NCBI GenBank assembly: GCA_023231475.1
Contig: JALJEE010001366.1
Coordinates: forward strand, 1-38,746
Length of the DNA: 38,746 bases
Source of the DNA: Seison nebaliae
Taxonomy: Eukaryota
Reading direction: 5' to 3'
A program made the translations under genes and the position numbers. Shown here piece by piece: positions 1 through 10,989 of this stretch. The notes under the pieces are model-generated. The model saw only the letters and a program-made list of their open reading frames with translations. It was not told the DNA's origin and did no database searches. Each line of letters starts with the position of its first letter. The stretch's first letter is position 1.

Positions 1-2
1 TA

Positions 3-125
3 ATATTTCATGTGCCTGATTTGTTGGTTTCAAGAATAGATCAGGCGAAATCATTTATTTCCGATGATTCACCTAGTGAGCTATCTTATTTTCTTCATCA
101 TTTACTCCGTGGGGATTTGGTTTTA
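3..125 (+). CDS. Possible 3' part of a gene entering from the left edge (IFHVPDLLVSRIDQAKSF...LLRGDL), function unknown
   Basis: Frame is open from position 3 to a GTTTTA donor-like site at 120 or a TAA at 126. No recognisable motif. Confidence 0.25.
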
Positions 126-344
126 TAATAAAAAAAAAAAATTTTCAAGTCATTGATGATTACGAGAACGTGTGGTTCTCTTGTTAGCTTTATCAGATAG
201 AGTTTCATATACGTATATTATCTTATTATATTAAAACCGTTTTGAAAGTTTTTTGTTTGAATTGACTTATTTATCTTTTTGTCCTACGCTATGTATCTCA
301 ACACTTCGTTTATCTTACATGTTATGGAATGGGAAATTACCCAT

Positions 345-1808
345 TTAACTCGATTTAATAGTTTCATTAGTTGGAGGGAGAAAATACGTGAAGGAGACGG
401 AAGAAGTTAAAATCGAAATTAGTGTCGATACAACGGGAACGTTGATAGAATTTCCTAATAATCCAATCGACGTTTTCAACTTCATTTCCTTTGGAAACGC
501 TTAAAAAAGAAAAGTGACAAATTGAAAATGGAATAAAATGAAAAAAAAATGAACTTGTTCGTTGGGTATTATAACCCAAAATTCTCAGGATCTCTGAAAC
601 ATCAAAAAATCTGAATGATTTCTCCATCTTCAAAATGGATCCAGTTCCTTTCAAATATGAACCATAATTTTTGGTGAAACAATGAGAAGTAGTTTCTTGT
701 CCACTCACCAAATTAATTGACGACGAACATTTTCTGATTTTTTCTTCTTCATTATCTATTCGATTTTCTGATATTGTTTTCGATAAATAATTTTGAATTT
801 TCACTAATCGTCTTTTTCCTCCATCTTTTCTCATCCATTCTTCATCCAACATTCCTTCCACAATGAACGATCGAATTTCATCATCTTCATCCACTTCATG
901 GAATTGTAACGAAGAAACATTTCTTTCTAAACTTCCGAAATGTTTCCTCCAAATATTCCGAATCTTCTTCGTTTCATCTTTCTCATATTTGATTAACTTC
1001 TTCTCGAAATGAAGGAAAGAAGTGCCATCGAAAACTTCTTCAGAAGTTATCGACTCGATTTTTTCTCGTTTTTGACGTGCCAAACAATAATATCTCGGAC
1101 GAGAATTAGGAACAAAGAAAAATGTTGGACTGAGAATTAATTGCTAGAGATTTTATGAAAACTATTTGTGTCAATGAGAATCAACTAACAACAAATTCAA
1201 AATTCTTCTCTTTTAACAAATCAATAAATCGTCGATGAACTGTCGATTTTTCGAAATTAACAACATTTTCTATTAGAATAAATTTGGGCAAATTTCTTGG
1301 GGGTATTCTGGAATTAGATGAAAAAATGACGGAGAAAAAGAAGAATTAACAGTTGGAAGGAATCGATGAGAAATAAGAATCCTTTCGATCGATGATCTTT
1401 CTCATCCAATTTCTTTCCTTGTCTAGTGAACGGTTGACATGGCGGTGATGCCAATACCAGATCGACATCCAAAAATTTTCCAATTGGAATACTCTGGAAT
1501 TTAATGTATTTGAAGTTCTAACGAAAGAAAACTTCAATACATTTCTCAATTATTTCCGTTCCATTCAATTTCGATTTTTTACTTAATGTGGTTGTTGTTG
1601 TTGTTGATTTGGAAATGTCCACATCGAGACTATTATATCGATAAGTATTAATAGCATTGGGTGATATATCACAAGCGATCTTTATTTCATAATTTAAATT
1701 TGTTTCTGTAATTCAGTTTTATTATTGAAAAATATTTAGAAGAAATGAACGTTCCAAAGCGGCCGACATTCCACCCATACCACAAAACAATTCGGCGACG
1801 GAAAACAT
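345..1808 (-). CDS. TRDMT1: tRNA/DNA (cytosine-5)-methyltransferase DNMT2, about 411 aa. Exons 1808-1751, 1705-1533, 1493-1351, 1307-1190, 1143-555, 499-345
   Basis: Spliced translation has C5-MTase motif I (ELFCGMGGM), IV (SPPCQPFTRQG), VI (ILIENV), VIII (PNSRPRYY), the DNMT2-specific CFTKNYGSYLKGTGS and motif X (LLGNSINVPVV). Five GT-AG introns of 45, 39, 43, 46 and 55 nt keep the frame. Confidence 0.95.
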
Positions 1809-2063
1809 TATGGAAATTATAAGGAACTATTTGTCAGCTGAAATTTTGAAAAGGAAGAACGAAAATGATTAACAGTTCTCACTTCCATCTATAACTCAAT
1901 TATTTTAATTCAATTTCAATTTAATTTGTGACTAATAAAATTGACGCGAAGATATTCAACGAATATAATAAAAAAAGACATTCCTTCTCTCCATTATTAA
2001 AGAAAGTTTTATTTTATATCTCTTAAACTTTCTGAGAAATTGGAGTACAAATAAAAATAGTTG

Positions 2064-2142
2064 TGTGAAATTTAAAGTGAAATTCAAAATTTTGTTCTGT
2101 GAAATTTAAAATGTAAATTCAAAATTTAATTCTATGAAATTC
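2064..2142. repeat. Imperfect tandem repeat of about 34 bp (about 2.3 copies) just downstream of the chitinase stop
   Basis: tgtgaaatttaaagtgaaattcaaaattttgttc / tgtgaaatttaaaatgtaaattcaaaatttaattc / tatgaaattc. Confidence 0.7.
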
Positions 2143-2176
2143 ATTTGTTCATATAAAAAATTTGTGTTGAAATAAT

Positions 2177-3396
2177 TTAAATGTTGAGAGTTTTCTTTAT
2201 AATTCGATGTAGAGGAAATGTGACGTTGGAGCAAGTTCTCCCATAATCGTCACAATTCAATGAGAAAGAGAATGCTCCAGAAAAATAATTGTCTTTCACC
2301 CATTGCGCTTTATAAAAGACACTCAACTCGTCTTCATAGGAAACCCATTGTCGTTTAGAATATGAATATGGCACTTTACTCTCACTGTTCCACACACGTA
2401 TAAACTCTCCTCTCTTCAATTTGAGACACATTTGCGTGTACATCATATCACCATCGTCAGCGACGGCGGGGGCATGAAGTGAATGATATTCGGAGGAGAA
2501 AAGTCTCCAAATTCGACCATAGATTGGAATGCCTAAAATCAACTTCTCTCTCGGACATTTCTTCTTGTCCATGAGGAATTTCATCATATAATCCTGGAAA
2601 AAACGTTAAATAATCTGAGTGAAGTTAAGTAACGTCGTTCATTGTACGGAAGAATAGTTTGTCGAAAGAATTGGCATAAAGTGGACCATTGAATCCCGTC
2701 AATTTATCGTAATAAGAATAGTAATGATAATCGTAACCCATTAACATGGCAAAATCGACAATTCCACATAATTCTTCAATTTCGTACGAAGTTTCCACAA
2801 TTGTTAGTGCACTTCCAATGCAGAAAGTGAGGAGGAATTGACCTAAAGGAAAATATTCTCTAAATGTCTATCGACTAACGATGAAAACGAGAGTAGAGAA
2901 TAAAGAAGAAAACTTTCATGAATACCGTCGAATTATGACGGTGGTGGATTGTGGGAAATTCCCAATCGATATCGATTCCATTGAAATCGAGAGATCGAAT
3001 AAACTTTTTACAATTCTCTCCCAATTTCTTCGTACGATCAATGGAAGTGGAAATTTCATTAAGTTTCTTCCTCTCATCAGTCAGAGACAACATCAATTTC
3101 AATTTTTTATTCTTATTTCTTAAAACTTTCAATCGATCAGCAACTAAAAATGTTTCCAAAATATAAGACTTATATTAAGAAATTAATTAACTTCTACTGA
3201 GGTTTCTATTAATGATGAGCTCAGATGCATTATTTGGAGCGATCGAGTTTATGACTATGATATGAGTACATAACTTCTCATCCAAATTATCTATGATTGC
3301 ATCGTCTTTCACTGGAAGACTAAGATAACAGAAGAAGTTGGACGCACTGGAATAGTTAACAAATAAGATTAATAAAATACTCTGAATAATATTCAT
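2177..3396 (-). CDS. Secreted GH18 chitinase or chitinase-like protein, about 361 aa, no chitin-binding domain. Exons 3396-3192, 3143-2914, 2867-2634, 2593-2177
   Basis: Signal peptide, FFCY, LCTHI, catalytic FNGIDIDWEFP (DxDxE intact), LMGYDYH, KLILGIPIYGR, VPYSY..QWVSYED. Introns of 48, 46 and 40 nt. Confidence 0.93.
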
Positions 3397-5339
3397 TTTA
3401 ATTAATTGAAATGGATTCTCTACAAATTAACCCAAATTAAAGTTGAAATGTTTGTCAACATTGTCAGCTTATTCGTTGAAAGCTTTCTTCATTCTCATCC
3501 AATTATTCATCCATCTTTCCCATCATACACTTTCTTCTTTTCAATTTTCAAGTACTTTTTCATTCTGATTATTCGAAAAATTCCATTAGAAGAGACGAAG
3601 CGTATTTCTTTATTTTTTCATTATCATGGAGAAACCAAATAAATGGATTTTCAATTCATTTACGATATGCAAAAAATTTATTTAAGAATAACTTTTGTAT
3701 CACACTAATTTAATACTACACAAAAATTTAATAAACTTAAGTAAAAATAACTTATGTGATTTATAGGCAATTTTTGTAACATAATGTAACTTTTAATATG
3801 ACACAATTATTGTCGATCCATTACATTTTCATTAAACCCAAATTTTTTTAGCCATTTTGAGATAAACATTCGATTGATAAAGGAATTTATGACGGAAAAA
3901 ATTTCAGTTTTGGAACTAAAGTTAAAAATTTTCGAAAACATTTGTTACGAACATGATCCATAGTAATTGACTGTAACGAATAGTTACAGTAATTGTAACG
4001 TTACAGTTAACATTTTGAACGGTAGGAATGCAACTACATAATGAAACAAAGTGTCTGCTTTAGCGATTAGATGCCCTCATTCAGATCACGAAGAATCCCA
4101 TCAATAACAAGACCAAATAAGTAAGGTCCAACAATGGCACGTGAATTGATGCGCAATAAGGTACTGCAATTATTATCATAATCTTATCTAACATTCTAAC
4201 AGCGGAATCAACGGAATTGGGAAATTTTAGGGAATTAAACACCACATTAAACAGATAGTCGACAATAAAGGAAACATCGATGAAATCGGAAAAATTTAGA
4301 ACCATTAGAATCATTTCAGAATCATTAAAAGAATAGAAGATGTAATGTTAAGTGAAGACCAACATATCGCCGAAAATGAAACTGATACGAAGAACAAAAA
4401 GACAGAAAGAGATTCTCGAACAACTTCAAAACAAAAGAAGAAATATAGATCGGTCTATAACAATACAATGAGTTCAGAAAAATAGAATCTAAAACTCTAA
4501 CTTTTATTTTTCGTTTATCATATCTTATTATCTTATCATCTAACGAATTATAAAATTTTTCTTACAAATTCATATTCAGTGTTTTTCCATCGTTTTTTCC
4601 ATCGATTCAGATTCACCATCGTGATTTACAATTAATTTATTTTCAACCTATGAAAATTAAGAATCTAAATTTTAAATGATAAAAATGCAGCGTTCATTCA
4701 ATCATGTTCGTAGAATTGACATGATGAAATAAAAAATTTGCAATCATAATTTTTTTTGGACAAACTACATTTTGGTCCTTTTCCTTGAGACAACTCTCAC
4801 CCTGAGTTGTTTCCCAAAACTATTCTTGAATAACATGAAATTATCGGTCAATGAATTATTATATGAAAGATTAGCAACTGAATAGAGTAATAAACTGTTC
4901 TGAAAATTTTCTTTACATTCAAATTATATGAAATCAACATTTAAATGTTCAAACTATCCATTACCGAAAAAATTATTCGATGATATGGATAACAAGATAT
5001 CGATTTTTCCTACTTAAAAAACCATCCGTCTTCCAAAGCATACCCGTTTTCTACGGAAATATAGAAAAATTTATTTGAATAGCACATAAAAATTTTCCAT
5101 TTTGTTAGGTTGAATAATTTTATAGGTTAAACATTAGCTAACATTCATTAACCCTCTATGTAGAAAGTCTTAAATGAAGCTTGAACTTAATTGGAAGTCT
5201 CTAATCAAAACAACCCAATTATTATGCACTACTTGTGCTATATGCGCTTAAAATAACAAATAGTGTTTTCATATTTGGATAGTTTAGAAAACAAGATTTT
5301 TCAAAAGTTTTTTTCCTTGAAAATATATTTAGTCCAAAA

Positions 5340-5987
5340 ATGTTGATGGCACTCCTTTATATTCTCAATATCATCTTCCTCTTTATGACGGGTGAAATTC
5401 TTGGTGTAGATATCAAGTCGTTGGTAAACAAAATGAAAGCTAAACCATCTTATGACAATACTTCGATTCACTTCAATTTAACAAGAACAATCAATTCTCG
5501 AAACTCATGGGAACTTGTTAGTCTAAGACTAACATCCAATTATACAATTGATACGCGGACATCGGACTTTTCTCCGATCGAGAACCAGTATGATGATCTT
5601 CAATTAGCGCACAATTACATATGTACAACGATTAAAGAATTCTTTGTGATAACAAGTGTACGGCAAGGTGATAAAGCAGGATTATATTGGCCCACGAGTG
5701 AAAATTGTGTGGACGACGAAGAAAGTGATTTTGCTACATGTTCTTATTTGGAGCGATCCTATGTAACAGTTTTATTCATACTTCTTCTAAACTTTCTTTC
5801 AATTTAATTCTAGATTACTTTGTCTTGTTTTCTAGATAATCAAAATGAGACGAGTGTTTTTTACTCCTTCTATTCTGTCGATCCCACCGCTTCCAAACTA
5901 TGGTTCTCGAATTATACAGTTAGAGATGAAGTCATAAGACCCCCTCAGTCTTCTGACTTCGAAATTGACGAGTTGGCTTTATTTTGA
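5340..5987 (+). CDS. Secreted hypothetical protein, about 198-200 aa, 2 exons (5340-5768 or 5340-5762; 5814-5987)
   Basis: AAAAATG start, hydrophobic N-terminus, several NxS/T sequons and 4 Cys. A 45-nt (GTTTTA) or 51-nt (GTAACA) intron joins in frame to ITLSCFLD...DELALF*. Confidence 0.65.
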
Positions 5988-7353
5988 ATTTCAGCCTTAA
6001 CTAATAATGAACAGCATCTTTACAATAAAAAAAAATGAAACTTATTATTTTTACATGGCGGCTCCCACTGGATATTACGAGCTCAAGGCATGTTCTGCCT
6101 TCGGTATCTGCACATGTTATTTCTCATATATTTCAACGAACTTTCAAAACTTACATTTATTTAGTTGACGAATTGACTAATTGTACAAGTGTTAGAATAA
6201 CGGGGTCAATTTATGATAATCCGGTATGAAGATATTTTCTATTAGAGGAAACTTTCATCCAACAAAACTCTAAACGTTTTGATAAAAAAATTCTTTACAT
6301 TTTTTGTTTATTTTTTTACAATGAATTGTTTTATTTAAATTTGTTGTTAAATTTGGGTATTTACGTATGTTATTCATTCATTCTATATGTAATGACTGAA
6401 GAACGCACAAACAATGTCACGAATGAATGATGGGAAATTGGGACGTTGTATGGGGTTGGGGGATACAACCGGGTAATTATACAACGTTCTTATCAGCAGG
6501 AACCTGTCAAATTGTATCAACATCGAAGTCAATGTTAAGATCCTGAACCATCTTAATTTTTAAGTCACAGAGGGCTTGCGATAATTAACCATAATCGGAG
6601 TTTATAATACCCACGCGATTAAGGAAGATGTTTGTGAATCAGTCATGTGGCTAAGCCTCTTTTTGTAAACTTATCTGACACATCCTAATTTATCTGTGTT
6701 ACCAGAAGTTCCTGATTAATCAGCAACATACTACAAAAATATGGATAGTAGTACTTTAACCTCATAATTAAATACATCAAATACATATCAAATCTTAAAA
6801 CCATTTTAAATTCAATTTATCATTTTATATTTACAACACTCCTCTATATCTCCTAATCCTTTGCATTTTAATAAACTATCCATTTTCAGTTTCTTTCTAA
6901 CGACTAGGTCTCTAGTCTCATCCTATCAATCCTATCTAAATTACTTGTAAGTTGCCTCGTTTACATATATAATTTCTCATTTCAGTTAATGTTTTCCTCT
7001 AACTAATCTTTAAACTTAACTAAAAATCTAGCAATGATGGATATATTGTATTATGATATATTATATTCCACGTGTTAACATAGTTTATGTGTTGAGTTGA
7101 TACTCTGTTTACAGTAACATTTAATCAACGTACATGTTTCTATAAATTTTCTACATACCGGTAACCTTACGATTAAAAAAAATTGTACGATAGGGAACTA
7201 TCTATTAGAGATATTCCAATGGAATATGCAACTTCAAATAACACCTCCTATACAACGGTGATTTCGTGTCATATCATTGACTATTCTAACCAATTCTCTG
7301 GCAAGTCACTGTAAGTCCTAATTGTCACTTTTTAGCTTCTAAAAAATATACAT

Positions 7354-8260
7354 TCATGAAATTATTTCCAGTTGAACAGTATTCAACCAATAATTCTCGT
7401 TATTTAATACTTCGAACATTATCAATAAAATTTGCGATTTGTAAATTGTCGTTCTTACAGATTGTTTTGGTTTAAGTAATTCGTCGAAATTAAATTTTTG
7501 CTGATCGATACGACATTTCGTAAGGTTCTGAAACTTCTCGTTGTGACATTGGGAATGTGCATATGTCGTTTTGAAAGTCGAATTAATGAAAATTAAATTA
7601 AATTTATCATCATTATTTGTTTTTAAACATTTAGATATTTCTATCCGATTGAATCTGTATTTAATGGTGTCGTTTCGGGACAAATTGAATTCTGAAACTT
7701 GAAGGAATTAAACAAAACACCAAAATTTTGATTAATAAAACTAAAATTTTTTTTATTTTATAAGAAACCGAATCCTCCCCAAATAATGAATAGAGCAATT
7801 AAAGAAGAATATTATTCGAAAAAAAACCTGTCAGGTAAGAGAAATCGATAAGTAAAGTTCCATACGAAAGTATTCACCACATCGTGAATAAAATAATTCG
7901 AACATTTAAATGTTCGAATGTAAATTTCCGAACGATAAATTATAAGTAATATAATTCTATCACCATTCATTTACTAATCTTTGTTTTCTCATGTACGATT
8001 TTCCCATATCCAGTTATCTCCTGCTATTTCTACTTCATATTCTTCAGGACAATATTCATCATAAGATGCGTTTGAAAAGTTGATTTCGTCAAATCACTCC
8101 AGTTATCCATGATTAAATTATGATCTACTCTCAACTGCATAGTTCGATAGACGGATGAAATTTTTAAAATTTTAGTTACATCTTTTCGATGATCGTCAAC
8201 GATTCGTCATATTTCAAATTCTTTATCAGATTACTTTCATTTTCGTCTTAGGATTCTAGT
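7354..8260 (-). pseudogene. Possible decayed or unresolved gene of unknown family
   Basis: Protein-like 109-aa ORF at 7354-7683 preceded by a TTTCAG acceptor. Upstream coding-like pieces (e.g. FDEINFSNASYDEYCPEEYEVEIAGDNWIWENRT*) are broken by stops, and I found no consistent spliced model. Confidence 0.25.
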
Positions 8261-8842
8261 TAGATTTTTCATTGATTTTATTTGAATTAAATAGAGAAAA
8301 ATTTTGTCAATTCCAAATCAATAATCGAAATATTCGGGAAAAAATATTTGAATTTTAATTAAAAAATTTAATTGTTTCGATTTGATTGTTATCGTTCATT
8401 TGAACTGAACTTACATATAATGAAATTTTTAATAAATTTCCATTTTTGTCATATTGAGTAATTTGTTGTTGTATTGATCATCGTGTCTAATTTACGATGA
8501 TGAGAATTTGGTTTGTAGGTGATTGATTGGTAAAGGACTTTGTCGTTTTTATAATGACACGATTGAATGAAAATGTTTGACAAACATCGAATTTTTCTTC
8601 TGGATATAATTTTGGACGAAATCGAAGAGGATATTCGATTGAAAAATTAAGGATACACATGAAACATTAGGAATGAATGATTGTTCGGGAAAACAATAAA
8701 AATCTGTCTGCTCCTTCTTTCTATCGGCTATCTGATTATAATTTGGGAAATTTCCTAGATAGTTAATAGGCTGAACTCGAATGATCAATAATGATAATGG
8801 AATAAGAGTAATTTCGAAATTTATTGAAAAAATTGTCGAAAA

Positions 8843-9120
8843 ATGTCAGCGAGATGTCGAATAGATATAAATGTTTGTTCGATTGAACAATTTTATTTAG
8901 AACACAAAACATTCATTGAGGATGGAAGAAAAGTGAAATTACTAAAATCGCCATCCAATTCCTCATTTTCGACAATTGCATCAAAGACGTGTGCACCAAC
9001 AATCATGTGGATTTGTGGAAAGGCAATAATATATCACCAATTTTCTTCGAATTCTCAAACCAAATTGAAAAGGAAGAATGAAACTATTCGTCTATCATTC
9101 TCTCCACCACATCAAGTTAA
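8843..9120 (+). CDS. Candidate distal alternative first coding exon of the RhoGEF
   Basis: AAAAATG start and a 93-codon ORF ending at donor-like GTTAAG (9116) and GTAATC (9121). The 9121 donor is phase-compatible with the 28593 exon. Confidence 0.25.
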
Positions 9121-9722
9121 GTAATCATTTATTATCCTTCTCTCTCCCTCTCTCTCTCTGTTTGTATGTGTTTGTTGTTGATGATTGATAATATGTATGG
9201 GACATTTGCTCTACCTAAATCCGTAATCGAATGGGGGAAGTTTTAGTTCTCACTCTAGGCCGAAGTGTGACTGCCGTTGGATTATAAGAGACTTAGCCCA
9301 ATAACCAACCATCATCACACTCTAATAATTATAGAAAGATGACATTATGAGATATTTAATGGAATCTCTTATTTATCATGATATAATTCTGTAATCATTG
9401 CATTGAAATGTTTCTCATATCGCAACATCTATTTTTGATTATTTATGTTTTTTTCTTAGGGAGTTAATTTTATGTAATTTTTATATTTATGTGATATAAA
9501 TCTAAAGTTTCTTATGTGTCGATAGGTGAAGAACCGTTGCTTTAATTTAAACTCTCTCATTCTAGTAAGGAATAATGAGAATAGAGATTTGCTGAGAAAT
9601 GAAGCATTGCTGTCAGGATATTTTCTTGACATTTCTTAACTTGACATTCTTTGGAAATTATGAGAGATTTTACCGTGTATTTTCTGTTCTATTATTATTC
9701 TTCTCCACATCTCACACAGATT

Positions 9723-10989
9723 GGGGGACAGATCGTAACCCTATATAAAAATTTTGCAGAGGACATTTCTCAACCCAAAAAAGGACAGTTCTCAACCTTC
9801 TATAGACGTTTCGGACAGTTCTTAACTTTTTTTCTCAATTTCGGACAGTGCTCAACCTTTTGAGAAAAAAGGACAGTTCTCAACCTCAAAACAGACTGAA
9901 AATTAAGCTGGAAAGATAGTAACCGTACATAAGAATTCTCCAGAGGATAGTTATTAACTCATAATTAGGACAGTACTTCCCTTATTTTTTCAATGGTTTT
10001 TAAATTTAAGACATAATATGTCTGTCACTTTATGCAGTTCATTAGATAGGTTTATCTGGAATAATGATTCCAAGTGAAAGATTACAAACGAAGCCTAAGC
10101 CATCCAGTTAATACACAAATAGAGTTGTATTGTGCACGACTAATCGTGTTACAAATATTATAAAATATATATTACCATAAAAAACAAAATTTGCTACCAT
10201 AATAATTGCTTCTTCTGTCGTTATTTGCTAAATCTTCAACATTAAATTATCTTTTACTTTGGATTTGGAAATTGACGTCATATCTGCGCTAAGCGAAACA
10301 TTTAGGAATATACCTGTCCACATATGCTATTTTCAAACAATAATTAGGAAGGTATCAGAATTCAATTTCAAACGAAAGTATTTTTCGACAAAAATTTCAA
10401 ATTTGAAATAAGAAAATTGATGTATATCTCTTTTATTCCAACATGCCATGTTAAAAAAGTCTTCGAATTCATAAAAGAGATTTGTTCAAATGATTCAAAA
10501 TTAATTTGATTTATATGAAAATTATATCGCTGGGGGTGTCGATTTCCAATAGAAATAGCAATCACAGAAAGTATCTCCTTTTTTTGTGGGAATCGATACT
10601 ATATTTTATGAAAGTTAAATTCCGTTGAAATCTCTATTCTATTTGATCTCAAACAATAAATAACAATCTTCTTAATTTTTCATCTGAACTAATTTAAAAT
10701 CTTAAATTTGGAAAAATCTTTAATCTTATTATTAGGTTATATATTCTTATAATTAATTAATAATAATAATTCATATAGTTACATAATTATAACTTAATAA
10801 CTGTTTTTTTGAGAATTTTTATGTACGGTTACAATCTTTTCAGATGTTTTTGGAATTTAGATCACTATGTTTTGAGGTTGAGAACTGTCCGAACGAATAA
10901 AAAATTAGGTTTAGAACTGTCCTTTTTCTGGGATTGAGAACTGTCCTCTACATAATTTTTATATAGGGTTACAATCTGTCCGGTTACCC
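9723..10989 (+). mobile_element. Non-autonomous Mutator-like (MULE) DNA transposon, 1267 bp, with long sub-repeated TIRs
   Basis: Inverted arms at about 9723-9967 and 10784-10989 built from GGACAGTTCTCAACC-like units. GGG...CCC termini. Flanking direct repeat tcacacagatt (9712-9722) / tcacacaaata (10990-11000). Internal transposase remnant. Confidence 0.88.
10247..10557 (+). pseudogene. Frameshifted MULE transposase fragment
   Basis: TLDLEIDVISALSETFRNIPVHICYFQTIIRKV..KRKY, then after a frameshift FKFEIRKLMYISFIPTCHVKKVF, then YENYI and RFPIE. These match the MULE pattern DFExAxxxAxxxxFPxxxxxGCxFHxxQxxxRK...LxALAFxP...FP. Confidence 0.8.

Noticed and set aside
1346..1549. 67-aa minus-strand ORF in the track
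   Set aside because: Wrong frame; the real coding frame here is DNMT2 exon 3 (SPPCQPF).
2881..3166. Two plus-strand ORFs
   Set aside because: Antisense shadows of chitinase exon 2.
4020..4485. Coding-looking stretch, possibly a retroelement relic
   Set aside because: Multiple stops and no RT, integrase or gag motif that I could identify.
7354..8260. Stop-codon reassignment as an explanation for the interrupted coding-like stretches
   Set aside because: Gene models in this window end in TAA, TAG and TGA and contain no internal stops, consistent with the standard code.
9723..9890. Regularly spaced GGACAGTTC repeats resembling a CRISPR array
   Set aside because: Eukaryotic context, short degenerate units, no cas genes, and mirrored at 10860-10989 as a transposon TIR.
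10368..10565. 65-aa minus-strand ORF inside the MULE
   Set aside because: Antisense to the transposase remnant.
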